A DNA stretch of 64,000 bases from Clostridia bacterium. Its GTDB lineage: Bacteria; Bacillota; Clostridia; UMGS1883; UMGS1540. Position 1 is the first letter of the stretch, and each line of letters begins with the position of its first letter. The translations under genes were made by a program, and so were the position numbers. Below, in pieces: positions 19,802 to 30,345 of this stretch. A model generated the notes under the pieces. It had not been told where the DNA came from and did not search any database. It worked only from the letters and a program-made list of their open reading frames with translations. The DNA lies in assembly GCA_045533905.1 (NCBI GenBank), contig JAZSIR010000011.1, forward strand, positions 37,956 through 101,955, given 5' to 3'.

Positions 19802-21187
19802 ATGCAGAAAAAGAAACTGATTTCCTGGCTTCTGGCGGCAGCTTTGCTTGTCGCGGTCGTAGTTGGGTTTGTATTTGCAATGAAAAATGAAACGGAGGCC
19901 TCCGAAATCACACCGGAAGAGGCCGCGATTCTTATCAACCAGCAGCTTGACAAAATGGCCACCTCCAAAACGATGCAGAAGGTAGCGGCGGAAAACGAAG
20001 TTGTGGTCGATGCCATCGTCGAATACGGAACGGAACGCGATGTGTTTTTAGACTGTACCGTGCGCTCTCTCGATCTGCACAGTGCCATCGCACCGCACTA
20101 TTCCGTCTTCCTTTCTTCTGACGAGAAAAAGCCGGGAAGTACGATGTTCAAGTCCGCGCTGAACTTCAAGATGGAGTTTGAGCCGCTGTTGGACACGCTT
20201 TTAGCCGAAGCCGAGGAAAAGACAACGTCGCTTCGCATTGCACTGTATGAAACGCGCGAAGGCTTTCTGGTATATGCAGACGATGCACTCACCAATGCCG
20301 CTTTCGGTGACCTTCTCGAAATTGAAAAGGATCTTGCAGGCATTGATTCCGTACAGATTACAAAGCCGGACGGTACGACGGAAGAAAAGATTTTCTCTTC
20401 CGCGAATATCAAAAAGGGCCTTATGCAGTGCCTCGAAATAAACCGTCCGAAAAAGCCGGACACTTCTTCCCCTCTCGGCAGCTTCTGGAATAATCTTTCC
20501 GAAGATTTTGAAAGAAACTTTATTGAAGCCGACAGATGGAAAACGATTTTCACCGGTCTCTGGACGACGATTAAGCTCACGCTTTTCGCCCTGTTTCTCG
20601 GTATTATCATCGGTTTTCTGGTGGCATTTGTCCGTTCCACCTATATTAAAACCACCCGCCACAACATTGTGCTCAAACTCTTAAACGGCATTTCGCAGGT
20701 TTACCTCACCGTAATCCGCGGCACGCCGGTTGTGGTGCAGATTATGATTATTTACTTCGTAATCTTTATGCCTCTCGGCATTGACAAGTTCCTCGCGGCT
20801 GTCATCTGCTTCGGCCTCAATTCCGGCGCATATGTGGCAGAAATTGTGCGCGGCGGTATTATGAGCGTCGACAACGGCCAGACGGAAGCCGGCCGTAGTC
20901 TCGGCTTTGGATATATGCAGACGATGTTCTACATCGTATTCCCGCAGGCCTTCAAAGCTGTACTCCCCGCACTTGCAAACGAATTTGTTGTGCTTCTTAA
21001 AGAAACTTCCATTGCATTCTATATCGGGCTTGGCGACCTTATGTATGCCGGCAACGCCATCCGCGCGGCCACATACTCCGCCTTTATGCCCCTTATCGCA
21101 GTTGCCATTATTTACCTTGTGATGGTGCTTGCACTCCAGCATCTCGTCACACTTCTGGAAAGGAGGCTGCGCAGCAGTGAAAGATAA
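19802..21187 (+). CDS. Amino-acid ABC permease with ~230-aa extra N-terminal extracytoplasmic domain
   Basis: C-terminal HisM/GlnP core ([39 protein letters not shown]) in frame with N-terminal TM plus soluble region. Confidence 0.88.
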   Translation: MQKKKLISWLLAAALLVAVVVGFVFAMKNETEASEITPEEAAILINQQLDKMATSKTMQKVAAENEVVVDAIVEYGTERDVFLDCTVRSLDLHSAIAPHYSVFLSSDEKKPGSTMFKSALNFKMEFEPLLDTLLAEAEEKTTSLRIALYETREGFLVYADDALTNAAFGDLLEIEKDLAGIDSVQITKPDGTTEEKIFSSANIKKGLMQCLEINRPKKPDTSSPLGSFWNNLSEDFERNFIEADRWKTIFTGLWTTIKLTLFALFLGIIIGFLVAFVRSTYIKTTRHNIVLKLLNGISQVYLTVIRGTPVVVQIMIIYFVIFMPLGIDKFLAAVICFGLNSGAYVAEIVRGGIMSVDNGQTEAGRSLGFGYMQTMFYIVFPQAFKAVLPALANEFVVLLKETSIAFYIGLGDLMYAGNAIRAATYSAFMPLIAVAIIYLVMVLALQHLVTLLERRLRSSER

Positions 21188-21923
21188 TAGCGAAGTTATC
21201 ATCCGCACCGAAGGTCTCTCGAAAACTTTCAAGGAAACCATCCACGCGCTTCGCGATGTGAACACGGAAATTCACAGAGGCGAGGTTGTCGTTATCATCG
21301 GTCCTTCCGGGAGCGGAAAATCTACCTTTCTCCGCTCCCTGAACCTTCTCGAGGAGCCCACGGGCGGACACATCTATTTCGAAGATACAGATATCATAAA
21401 CCCAAAGGTTGACATCAACCGTATGCGCCAGAAAATGGGGATGGTGTTTCAGCAGTTCAATCTGTTCCCGCACTACACCGTTTTAAAAAACCTCACACTG
21501 GCGCCTATGAAACTTCTTAAGATTTCGCAGGCGGAAGCGGAAGAAAAGGCGTATGCGCTTCTCGAGCGCGTTGGTCTTCGCGACCGCGCCGAGGCGTACC
21601 CCTCCCAGCTTTCCGGCGGACAGAAGCAGCGTATCGCCATTGTGCGCGCTCTCTGTATGAATCCTGAAGTTATGCTCTTTGACGAGCCTACAAGCGCGCT
21701 CGACCCCGAAATGTTCGGTGAAGTTCTGGATGTTATGAAGCAGCTGGCCCGTGAGGGGATGACGATGGTTATCGTTACCCACGAAATGGGCTTTGCACGC
21801 GAGGTGGCCGACACCGTAATCTTCATGGATGAAGGCACCATTATGGAAAAGGGCACACCGGAGGAAATTTTCTCCGCGCCAAAGAATCCGCGTACACAAT
21901 CATTCCTTCGTAAAGTTCTGTAA
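21177..21923 (+). CDS. Amino-acid ABC transporter ATP-binding protein (GlnQ-like)
   Basis: [38 protein letters not shown]; GTG start overlapping permease end. Confidence 0.93.
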   Translation: MKDNSEVIIRTEGLSKTFKETIHALRDVNTEIHRGEVVVIIGPSGSGKSTFLRSLNLLEEPTGGHIYFEDTDIINPKVDINRMRQKMGMVFQQFNLFPHYTVLKNLTLAPMKLLKISQAEAEEKAYALLERVGLRDRAEAYPSQLSGGQKQRIAIVRALCMNPEVMLFDEPTSALDPEMFGEVLDVMKQLAREGMTMVIVTHEMGFAREVADTVIFMDEGTIMEKGTPEEIFSAPKNPRTQSFLRKVL

Positions 21924-21948
21924 AATAAATATAGAGAGGATTTTGAAA

Positions 21949-23022
21949 ATGAAACTGAAAGAAAACTGCAAATGGTCCTTAGTTGTTCCCACCAGCATGG
22001 GTGTACGTATCACCCCCGAAAACGGCCAGCCGACACACGCGAGCGACCGTTTCGTAATGCAGGCTACCAGCGCTGAAACGAACGTAGCCAGCATTTCTTC
22101 GTACTTAGGTCTTCCCGTAAAGGTTCTCACAACCTTCGTAAAGGGCAGCCCTATTGCACACTTTATTAAGAGTAACCTCACCGCACGCCATATGGCCTAC
22201 GAAGGCAAGGAAGTAGAACAGGGCGGCCCCTGGGGCTACCGTCACCAGTTCAACATTGCTGACAGCGGCTACGGCTCCCGCGGCCCGCGCGTACAGAATG
22301 ACAGAGCCGGTGAAGTTGGCAGAACGCTCAGCATCCGCGACTTTGATCTCGAACGCATTTTCGGTGAAGAAGGCGTACAGGTTCTCCACCTTTCCGGTCT
22401 TATCGCCGCACTTTCTCCCGAAACCACAACCTTCTGCCTCGAGCTTGCCCGTGCTGCCAAGAAGTACGGTACGCTGATTTCCTTTGACCTTAACCACCGC
22501 GCCTCCTTCTGGATTGGCCGCGAAGAGGAACTCGGCAAGAGCTTTGCAGAAATTGCAAGCGTTTCCGATATTCTTATTGGTAATGAAGAAGACTTCCAGC
22601 TTTGCCTCGGCATGAAAGGCCCCGAAGCCGGCGGCAAGGATATTTCTTCCAAGATTGAATCCTTCAAAGGCATGATTATGGAAGTGAAGAAGGCATATCC
22701 CCACACCTCAGTATACGCAACCACACTCCGTCAGGTTATCAACACCAACTGCCACCTCTGGGGCGGCATTATGCTCGAAGGCGACAACTGGCATATAGTG
22801 GAACCCCGCGAAATCCATGTTCTCGACCGTATCGGCGGCGGCGATGGTTTTGTGGGCGGTCTGCTCTACGCTATTCTCCGCGGCTGGGCACCGGAAAAGT
22901 GGATTCAGTTCGGCTGGGCCAGCGGCGCACTCGCTACCACCTTCCTTACAGACTATGCACAGCCCGCTGACGAAGAACAGGTTTGGAGCATCTGGGAAGG
23001 CAACGCACGCGTAAAGAGATAG
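21949..23022 (+). CDS. PfkB-family sugar kinase (KdgK-like)
   Basis: AETNVA, ISFDLNHRASFW, LIGNEEDF, DRIGGGDGFVGG. Confidence 0.85.
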   Translation: MKLKENCKWSLVVPTSMGVRITPENGQPTHASDRFVMQATSAETNVASISSYLGLPVKVLTTFVKGSPIAHFIKSNLTARHMAYEGKEVEQGGPWGYRHQFNIADSGYGSRGPRVQNDRAGEVGRTLSIRDFDLERIFGEEGVQVLHLSGLIAALSPETTTFCLELARAAKKYGTLISFDLNHRASFWIGREEELGKSFAEIASVSDILIGNEEDFQLCLGMKGPEAGGKDISSKIESFKGMIMEVKKAYPHTSVYATTLRQVINTNCHLWGGIMLEGDNWHIVEPREIHVLDRIGGGDGFVGGLLYAILRGWAPEKWIQFGWASGALATTFLTDYAQPADEEQVWSIWEGNARVKR

Positions 23023-24104
23023 TGGATACACGTATTCTGCGCGTTGCGGAAGGCTTTCTCCCCCCGGGCTCTATCCGGAATATTGAGCCGCTCGGGCAAG
23101 GGAATATCAATGATACCTTTGTCGTGGAGGGAAAAGGCAAATTCGTGCTTCAGCGCATAAATACAAAAGTTTTTAAAAACGCCGAAGAGGTAATGCGAAA
23201 CATCCATCTCATAACGGAGCATCTTTCAAGAAAAGTGCGCGCCGCCTGGCGCGATCCGTCGCGGCAGGTGCTGCAGTTTCTCCCCGTCCCGGAAACCGGA
23301 AAATATCTTTTCTGGGCTGAGGACGGCACAGCCTGGCGTATGTATCACTTTATTGACAATGTGATGACGCTGCAAAATGTTTCGTCTGTCGGACAAGCCT
23401 ATAAAGCGGCCTTTATCTTTGGTCGCTTCCAGAATCGTCTTTCTGATTTCGACGCCACACAGCTTTCGGAAACGATTCCCGACTTCCACAATACGGAAAA
23501 GAGATGGGAAACACTTCAAAAAGCAGTGGATGCGGACGCTGCAGGCAGAGCACACGAGGTCCGGGACCTGCTTGAGACGGCAGAACGCTTTTCGCATCTT
23601 GCCTCTGCTATCACCAAGCCCTTCTCGGAAGGGAAGTTCCCCGTACGCGTTACACATAATGACACGAAAATCAATAACGTTCTTTTTGATAAGAGAACGG
23701 GACACGGTCTTTGTGTCATTGACCTTGACACGGTAATGCCCTCCACCGCCCTGTACGATTTTGGGGATATGGTGCGTTCGGGCGCAAATGCTACCACCGA
23801 AGAAGATACCGACCTTTCGCGCGTAGCGCTCAATATGGACTATTACGAGGCATTTCTCCGTGGGTACCTAAACGGAACCGATGGAAAGCTTACAAACACA
23901 GAAATAGAAAATCTGGCGCTTTCCTCCCTCGTTCTCACCTTTGAGCTTGCTATCCGTTTTCTGGCCGACTATCTTATGGGGGATGTCTATTTCTCCATCC
24001 GCACACCGCGGCAAAATGCCGAACGCGCGGCCAATCAGCTGGCACTCCTTTGTGATATGGAAAAGAAATATGACGAAATGCAAAATCTTCTGTTTAACCT
24101 GTAA
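23022..24104 (+). CDS. Aminoglycoside-phosphotransferase-fold kinase (N-acetylhexosamine 1-kinase-like)
   Basis: GQGNINDTF, VLQRIN, IPDFHNT, RVTHNDTKINN, VIDLDTVMP, RFLADYL. Confidence 0.85.
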   Translation: MDTRILRVAEGFLPPGSIRNIEPLGQGNINDTFVVEGKGKFVLQRINTKVFKNAEEVMRNIHLITEHLSRKVRAAWRDPSRQVLQFLPVPETGKYLFWAEDGTAWRMYHFIDNVMTLQNVSSVGQAYKAAFIFGRFQNRLSDFDATQLSETIPDFHNTEKRWETLQKAVDADAAGRAHEVRDLLETAERFSHLASAITKPFSEGKFPVRVTHNDTKINNVLFDKRTGHGLCVIDLDTVMPSTALYDFGDMVRSGANATTEEDTDLSRVALNMDYYEAFLRGYLNGTDGKLTNTEIENLALSSLVLTFELAIRFLADYLMGDVYFSIRTPRQNAERAANQLALLCDMEKKYDEMQNLLFNL

Positions 24105-24113
24105 AAACATAGA

Positions 24114-24144
24114 AAAAGGGCTCTCCAGGAGGGAGAGCCCTTTT
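24114..24144 (+). terminator. Intrinsic terminator
   Basis: AAAAGGGCTCTCC-AGGAG-GGAGAGCCCTTTT. Confidence 0.75.
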
Positions 24145-24189
24145 GTGTTTGAATCGTTTTTTTGTTCTGCGCCTTTCCTATCCCTACGA

Positions 24190-24225
24190 GAAAGAGCGGC
24201 AAAGCCTACGCTTTGCCGCTCTTTC
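24190..24225 (-). terminator. Hairpin terminator after the GH2 gene
   Basis: GAAAGAGCGGCAAAGC-CTAC-GCTTTGCCGCTCTTTC. Confidence 0.7.
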
Positions 24226-24228
24226 TTC

Positions 24229-26973
24229 TTATTTCTTATTTCTGCGCGTTGCTGTGATATCGTTCTGGTTCATCGCAAAGTTTGTGTTCTCGGCAGTCTT
24301 TGTGTACGTGTCCGAAAGTAGTGCCGCAAGGCCCGCTCTGTCGATAGCATCCGCGGGACAAAATGCATCGCTCTTTGCATATTCGATAAGTCTTGCACGT
24401 AAGTACTGCGCCATCGGGTCATTTTCATCGAAGCGGAAGCCGCAAACGAGAAGTCTTCCCGAGAGTGCGCGGTACTCAAAGAGAGAAGCCTGCCGCACGA
24501 CGCACTTATGCGTCGGTGCCACTTCTACGATGGGGTTAAACGGCACGCTGTCGTCAAAGCATACACTCTTACCGCCCGTCAAAAGCTCTGCAAACTGCCA
24601 GCCGCAGAAACCTTCGTGCGGAATGTCGCGCATTACGGGATGGTCGGCGATCACTGTGGCAAGGTAGCCGCTTGTGCGCCCTGCGAGGGAAATACGGAAG
24701 GACGTGTCGCGGCTTACAAACGGCTCCGCGCCGAAAATCAAAACATCTTTCCCCTGTTCAAGCGCATCAAAAAGTTCTTTGTCCGTCATACCGTCGGAAA
24801 CAAGCAAGTCCCCGTAGGAAGGCATCTCTACCTTCGGGAAAAGGTACAGTTCCCATTCGTTCTCGGTGAAAAGTCCATCACCGTCAAGCGTTACATAAAG
24901 CTTCATATCCGCAGGTTTTTTCACCTCGGGCAATGTAAACTGCAAATCGTAAAGCTTCGAAATTTTGCCGTTCGGAAGCCGGTCTACTTCTACTTCCTTG
25001 CGGTAAATTACCTTGCCGGAAAGCGAGAGGCGGATGGTTAAAATGCCGCCTATAAGGTCACGCTCGCCAAAGTACGAAGCATGAATACCGGTTTCGAGCA
25101 CTTCTCCTTCAGTGAAATTCGAACGGCGGTCAAGGTCCGTGAGAAGCACGGTGGGCGAATTATACATGCGCACATTTCGCACCGTCTCACCGGGCTTTAA
25201 TTCATAAAACTCATTCATCATACCTACATCGTAGCCAAAGGTATGCCAATGTGTATCGATGGGGCCGAGGAAGTCATAGCCGCCGAGCTTATGGCAACGG
25301 CGTACAGCTTCAAAGCAGTGCTTCCGTATGCGGCGCTGCCATTCGGAAGAATTCTTAAAATACAGCGGTGCCTTGTGGAGAACGCCTTTTTCTTCGAGAT
25401 GGCGTTCAATAGAAGAAAACATATCCGTTTTGCCAATTTTCCAGCCACGATAGCGGTCTTTAAGGCTAAGGTCGGCGTATGTACCATCAATACAAATTTC
25501 GTGCGTTACGCGCGGTTTATTGTACACTACGCTCCAATTATCCACTTTTTTCGGATCAGCAGTCAGAGAATTATAGCTGAGCTGACCGAGCGGATAACTT
25601 GCATACATATCGGTAAATTCGTCTACCAGTTTAAAGCGGCCGGGATGATGCAAAAACGGCTCTGTTTTCATATCGGGGTCGAGCGCGCTCTCCTTCGGAA
25701 ATGCATATTCAAGGCCACGGATGGCGTTCATGGGCGTAAAGAATGCATCTGTCCGCGCATGCACATCGGCGGCGCATTTGCGGAAGTGCTCAATATAGTC
25801 CTCATCCACCCAAAGCTCATTACCGCCGCAGTAAATCACAACCGAAGTGTGACGGCGGCAGAAAGTGACAATCTCCTTCCACTCCGCCTCGCTAGTATTG
25901 TTCGGGGTTTCTACATGCAGAAGCATGCCGAGCTCGTCCGCCGCCTGCATATATTCCTCCGCAGGAATAAAGGTATGGAAGCGGATAAAGTTAAAGCCGA
26001 GCTTTTTGAATGTTTTTATCATTTCGCGGTAATACGAAATATTATGGTCAGGATGTACAGTTTCGGGGAAATAGCAGTGCTCACAGATGCCGCGGAGATA
26101 ATACGGCACGCCGTTTAAGCGGAAATCTGTGCCATCGACCGTGAGCTTTCTTACACCGAACTGCCTTAAAAGGAGCGAGCCTTCGCACTCGATGCGCAGT
26201 GTGTAAAGCTTCGGACTCTCCGGGCTCCAGAATTCGAGGCCTTCCGTACTAAACGAAAAATCGCCGTTTGCTTTGCCCGTTTTGAGCTCCGTCTCGCCAT
26301 CCCAGACGCTCCAGGTATATTCCGCTTCGGAAACTGCGGTAATCTGGACACTGGCCGTTTTGCAGTCCTCCGAAATAAGGACAGCCGCATCGCGAAGGGG
26401 GCCGGTGTATACGCGGAGTGTAAGCTCGCCCGTGATACCGCCCGTACATTCATTGGCCGCGCGCGACGTAAGGCCCGAAACCGGCTCGCCACCATATCCC
26501 ATAAGGCGGTGGTTGGAGATGGAGAGGATGACTTCATTCTCCCCGTCCACAAGGAGCCCTTCCGGAATCTGTACCGCAAAGGGTGCGCTGTAGCCCTCGT
26601 GGCGACCGAGATACGTGCCGTTTATCCATACGCTTACGGCATTCTGCACGCCTTCAAAATGCAGGCAGGCATCCCCTACGATATTTTCGCAGCAAAATGT
26701 GCGACGATAGAAGAAGTTGCCTACAATATTGGGAAGTGCCATATCCGGCACCACGCCCGAAATCGGGTACTGCTGAAGACCATAAAGCGGGTTGATTTCG
26801 AGTTTGCAGAAAAAGGGCGCCATCAAAAACGAATCCGTCATATCCTCCCAGTATCCGGGGACGGCGTTTTTCACAGGCTCCCACTTGACAACGGGCACTT
26901 TAGTGTCAAGATATGCATCTTTCGCATAATCCATTTCCCAGGTGCCGCTAAGAGAAAAAGAAGTATACATCAT
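24229..26973 (-). CDS. Glycoside hydrolase family 2-like protein
   Basis: LHFEGV-VWING-HEGYSAPF sugar-binding domain, WSPESPKLY, FGVR, GFNFIRFH, ADELGM, GGNE acid/base; no signal peptide. Confidence 0.85.
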   Translation of the reverse strand: MMYTSFSLSGTWEMDYAKDAYLDTKVPVVKWEPVKNAVPGYWEDMTDSFLMAPFFCKLEINPLYGLQQYPISGVVPDMALPNIVGNFFYRRTFCCENIVGDACLHFEGVQNAVSVWINGTYLGRHEGYSAPFAVQIPEGLLVDGENEVILSISNHRLMGYGGEPVSGLTSRAANECTGGITGELTLRVYTGPLRDAAVLISEDCKTASVQITAVSEAEYTWSVWDGETELKTGKANGDFSFSTEGLEFWSPESPKLYTLRIECEGSLLLRQFGVRKLTVDGTDFRLNGVPYYLRGICEHCYFPETVHPDHNISYYREMIKTFKKLGFNFIRFHTFIPAEEYMQAADELGMLLHVETPNNTSEAEWKEIVTFCRRHTSVVIYCGGNELWVDEDYIEHFRKCAADVHARTDAFFTPMNAIRGLEYAFPKESALDPDMKTEPFLHHPGRFKLVDEFTDMYASYPLGQLSYNSLTADPKKVDNWSVVYNKPRVTHEICIDGTYADLSLKDRYRGWKIGKTDMFSSIERHLEEKGVLHKAPLYFKNSSEWQRRIRKHCFEAVRRCHKLGGYDFLGPIDTHWHTFGYDVGMMNEFYELKPGETVRNVRMYNSPTVLLTDLDRRSNFTEGEVLETGIHASYFGERDLIGGILTIRLSLSGKVIYRKEVEVDRLPNGKISKLYDLQFTLPEVKKPADMKLYVTLDGDGLFTENEWELYLFPKVEMPSYGDLLVSDGMTDKELFDALEQGKDVLIFGAEPFVSRDTSFRISLAGRTSGYLATVIADHPVMRDIPHEGFCGWQFAELLTGGKSVCFDDSVPFNPIVEVAPTHKCVVRQASLFEYRALSGRLLVCGFRFDENDPMAQYLRARLIEYAKSDAFCPADAIDRAGLAALLSDTYTKTAENTNFAMNQNDITATRRNKK

Positions 26974-27063
26974 CTTTCTCCTTTCTTCTTTACATATTGT
27001 AATCAATATACCACACTCCACCCGCCTTGTCAACGTGTTTTTCAAAAGTTTTACGGGCATCGA

Positions 27064-27090
27064 AAAAGGCGGCAAAATTGCCGCCTTTTT
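27064..27090 (-). terminator. Intrinsic terminator after ftsZ
   Basis: AAAAGGCGGCAA-AA-TTGCCGCCTTTT. Confidence 0.7.
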
Positions 27091-27098
27091 GGGTTTTC

Positions 27099-28193
27099 TT
27101 AGAATTCGATATTCGGTTTGCGCATGAATTCCGGAAGCTGTAAATCTTCGGAATCAAAGTTTGTCGGCTCAGAAGGCGTCTGCGGCGTGATGCCACGATT
27201 TTTGTCAAATGTCGGCACCTTGAGATCCTCGAGATCCTGCTTTCTGCCGCTTCTGCAGCCCGTTGCGATAACGGTGATGGAAATCTCATCGCCCATCGTC
27301 TCGTCGATTGCCATACCGAAGATAACTTCTGCATTGGCATCTGCGCAGCTATGTACAAGGTTTGCAGCTGCATTGACTTCGAGGAGCGTGAGTTCTTCGC
27401 CGCCGGTTACGTTAATGAGAATACCGGTTGCGCCATCGATAGAAGTTTCGAGAAGCGGGCTGGCAATTGCCATACGGGCAGCTTCTTCTGCACGGTTATC
27501 ACCGCTGGCGCGGCCGATACCCATATGGGCAAAGCCTGCATCCTTCATAATGCGGGTAACGTCTGCAAAGTCAGCGTTCATATCGCCTGCAGTATTGATG
27601 AGCTCGGAAATGCCGGATACGCCCTGACGAAGCGTTTCGTCCGCCATTTTAAAAGCTTCTTTCACAGTTGTTTTTGCACTGCAGAGTGCAAGGAGCTTAT
27701 CGTTCGGGATAACGATGATGGTATCTACCGCTTCACGAAGTGCGGCGATGCCTTCTTCAGCCTGATTCATACGGCGCTTAAGTTCGAAAGAGAAGGGCTT
27801 AGTTACGATACCTACTGTGAGGATACCCTTTTCCTTTGCAATGGATGCCACAACGGGAGCCGCACCTGTACCTGTGCCGCCGCCCATACCGGCCGTTACG
27901 AATACCATATCGGCATCTTCCAGAAGCTTTTCGATTTCTGCACGGCTTTCTTCCGCAGCCTTTCTGCCAACTTCCGGATTTGCGCCTGCACCCTGGCCCT
28001 TTGTAATCTTTTCGCCGATCTGGATAGTCTTGTCGGCCTTCGAGCAGCCAAGTGCCTGCTTATCTGTATTGATTGCCACGAATTCAACACCGCGAACGCC
28101 GGCTTCCACCATACGATTTACGGCATTGCCGCCGCCGCCACCGACGCCGACAACTTTAATCACCTGTGCCAAATTCATATCTTCTAAAGCCAT
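27099..28193 (-). CDS. ftsZ: Cell division protein FtsZ
   Basis: [22 protein letters not shown] tubulin signature, NADFADV, C-terminal LQLPEFMRK. Confidence 0.98.
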   Translation of the reverse strand: MALEDMNLAQVIKVVGVGGGGGNAVNRMVEAGVRGVEFVAINTDKQALGCSKADKTIQIGEKITKGQGAGANPEVGRKAAEESRAEIEKLLEDADMVFVTAGMGGGTGTGAAPVVASIAKEKGILTVGIVTKPFSFELKRRMNQAEEGIAALREAVDTIIVIPNDKLLALCSAKTTVKEAFKMADETLRQGVSGISELINTAGDMNADFADVTRIMKDAGFAHMGIGRASGDNRAEEAARMAIASPLLETSIDGATGILINVTGGEELTLLEVNAAANLVHSCADANAEVIFGMAIDETMGDEISITVIATGCRSGRKQDLEDLKVPTFDKNRGITPQTPSEPTNFDSEDLQLPEFMRKPNIEF

Positions 28194-28281
28194 TTATGAA
28201 TCCTCCTTAGTCTTTATCTACTTTATTGTATCGCTTTTTCCGCGTTTATGCAAGAGAATTTTGAAAAATTTTTCATTTTTT

Positions 28282-29019
28282 TCAGTTTTTATTCTGTCGG
28301 TACGAGAAATGTCCCTCGCTTGTCCACCTGAGGACGCCGCTACTGTCTTTATTGAGACCTGCACGGCCGCCTTCCAAAATGTTGCGGCACATCTGCAGCT
28401 TATAGGAAAGCTCGTCCAGACTCCCGAGATGGATTTCCATACCGCCGCGCGTTTCTAAAATCACCTCTGATGCCGACTCGAGCGATATCCGCGCAAATTC
28501 GAGCGAGAGATTTTCTTTTTCGATGGTAGCAAACAAATTTTTAAGGTCCGCCGTAAAACGCGCATCCTTCATAAGGATTTCCGTACCCGGCATCGCCGTA
28601 TCCACCGTGGCGCCGCCAATTACGGGGATGTGTTTCTCCTCCACAGGTGTCAGGCGCAGCACGCGGCACGCTTTATCAATGACGGCGAAGCCGCCCGGGC
28701 ATATGACGGCTCCTGCCTCTTTTCGCTCTGTAACCGCGATGACCACTCTTGCCGGAAAGCGCCGCCCGACCTTGGCCGAAAGAATATACGGCAATTCCTC
28801 CACGCGCGCGCCGGCCTTTTTCATAGAAACGCGATACGTGTTCGTCCCTACCGGGATATGCGCAGCTGCCAGAATTTCTTCGGCGGCAATCGTTTCGTTC
28901 CCCGTGACGGTGACCGTGGTAATATTAAACACAGGTGTTGTGAAGGTAACAACAACGGCGATGATAAAAAGTACAAGCAGTATAAAAGCACCGCCAAGGT
29001 TCCTTTGTTTTCTTGCCAT
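28282..29019 (-). CDS. ftsQ: Cell division protein FtsQ/DivIB
   Basis: Basic N-terminus, one TM, POTRA-like FNITTVTVTGN...RRFPARVVIAVTER; position upstream of ftsZ. Confidence 0.85.
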   Translation of the reverse strand: MARKQRNLGGAFILLVLFIIAVVVTFTTPVFNITTVTVTGNETIAAEEILAAAHIPVGTNTYRVSMKKAGARVEELPYILSAKVGRRFPARVVIAVTERKEAGAVICPGGFAVIDKACRVLRLTPVEEKHIPVIGGATVDTAMPGTEILMKDARFTADLKNLFATIEKENLSLEFARISLESASEVILETRGGMEIHLGSLDELSYKLQMCRNILEGGRAGLNKDSSGVLRWTSEGHFSYRQNKN

Positions 29020-29032
29020 ATGGCCTCTCCTT

Positions 29033-30283
29033 TTATTTTTTTCGGATCTCCGCACCGAGCTTTCCCATATCCTCTATAAGGCTACTGTACCCGCGGGCAA
29101 TATGCGCCGTGCCGGAAACCTCCGTTTTTCCCTCTGCCGCAAGGCCCGCAATCACAAGCGCTGCACCGCCGCGAAGCTCCATGGCTTCCACACGCGCACC
29201 CGTAAGACGCGGCACCCCGCGGATGACGGCGATGCTGCCGCGCGTGGTAATATCTGCGCCCATACGGCAAAGTTCGCCGCAGTGGCGGAACCGGTTTTCG
29301 AATATCGTTTCCTCCACGATGCTCGTGCCCTCGGAAAGCGTCAGCATTGCCGACAAAATGGCCTGCGCATCTGTGGGAAAACCGGGATAAGGCATCGTAC
29401 GAAGCCGTTTTATTGCTTTCATTCTTTTCGGTGCGGAAAGCGCTATGCGGTCTCCCTCGGTATGGATACGTGCACCCGCCTCGCGGAAAACATCCAAAAT
29501 TGCGCCAATATGCCCGGCCGCGGCACCAAGAAGTTCAATCTCGCCACCCGTCATCATCCCTGCCGCGAGATAAGTGGCAGCAACGATTCTGTCGGGAATA
29601 ACGCGGTGATGTGCACCGGAAAGATGCGGCACACCTTCAATGCGGATCACATCGGTGCCGGCGCCCTCTATTTTCGCACCCATTTTATTCAGAAAGTTTT
29701 GTAAATCACAAATTTCAGGTTCTTTTGCAGCATTTCGCAAAACCGTTTCGCCGCGTGCACGGGATGCGGCCATCATCAGATTTTCCGTAGCACCCACACT
29801 CGGAAAATCGAGATGCACCTCACCGCCGGCAAAATCGCCAAGCTCTGCTCTTACCGTGCCGCCGTATTCTTTCACGCGGATGCCGATTTTTGAAAGTGCC
29901 TTGATATGTAAATCAATCGGCCGCGGCCCAAGCTCACATCCGCCTGGAAAGCTCATCTCCGCCTCACCGCACCGCGCGGTGAGCGCGCCTAAAAAGGTAA
30001 TGGATGAGCGCATTTTGTGCATCAGCGTATCGGGCACCGTGCTTCGCAAAATGTGTGAGGCGTCCACCACAACGGCATCGTCCTCCCACCTTGTGCGGCA
30101 TCCGGCCCAATCTAAAATTTCCAAAGAACAATCTACATCGTCAAGACGCGGACAGCCGTAAATCACGCTTTCTCCCTCGCCCAGTATTGTCCCTGCCAGA
30201 ATAGGGAGAACGGAGTTTTTGGCGCCCTGCACCCTTGTCGTGCCGGCAAGCGGTCTGCCGCCGGTGATTTCTATCGTATACAT
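29033..30283 (-). CDS. murA: UDP-N-acetylglucosamine 1-carboxyvinyltransferase
   Basis: GAKNSVLPIL, PGGCELGPRPIDLH (catalytic Cys), SVGATEN, PYPGFPTDAQ. Confidence 0.95.
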   Translation of the reverse strand: MYTIEITGGRPLAGTTRVQGAKNSVLPILAGTILGEGESVIYGCPRLDDVDCSLEILDWAGCRTRWEDDAVVVDASHILRSTVPDTLMHKMRSSITFLGALTARCGEAEMSFPGGCELGPRPIDLHIKALSKIGIRVKEYGGTVRAELGDFAGGEVHLDFPSVGATENLMMAASRARGETVLRNAAKEPEICDLQNFLNKMGAKIEGAGTDVIRIEGVPHLSGAHHRVIPDRIVAATYLAAGMMTGGEIELLGAAAGHIGAILDVFREAGARIHTEGDRIALSAPKRMKAIKRLRTMPYPGFPTDAQAILSAMLTLSEGTSIVEETIFENRFRHCGELCRMGADITTRGSIAVIRGVPRLTGARVEAMELRGGAALVIAGLAAEGKTEVSGTAHIARGYSSLIEDMGKLGAEIRKK

Positions 30284-30345
30284 TCTGCACCTCCATAGTA
30301 CGAAAACGTTCGCAGTACATACTATGCAAGGTACATATCAGTTGG

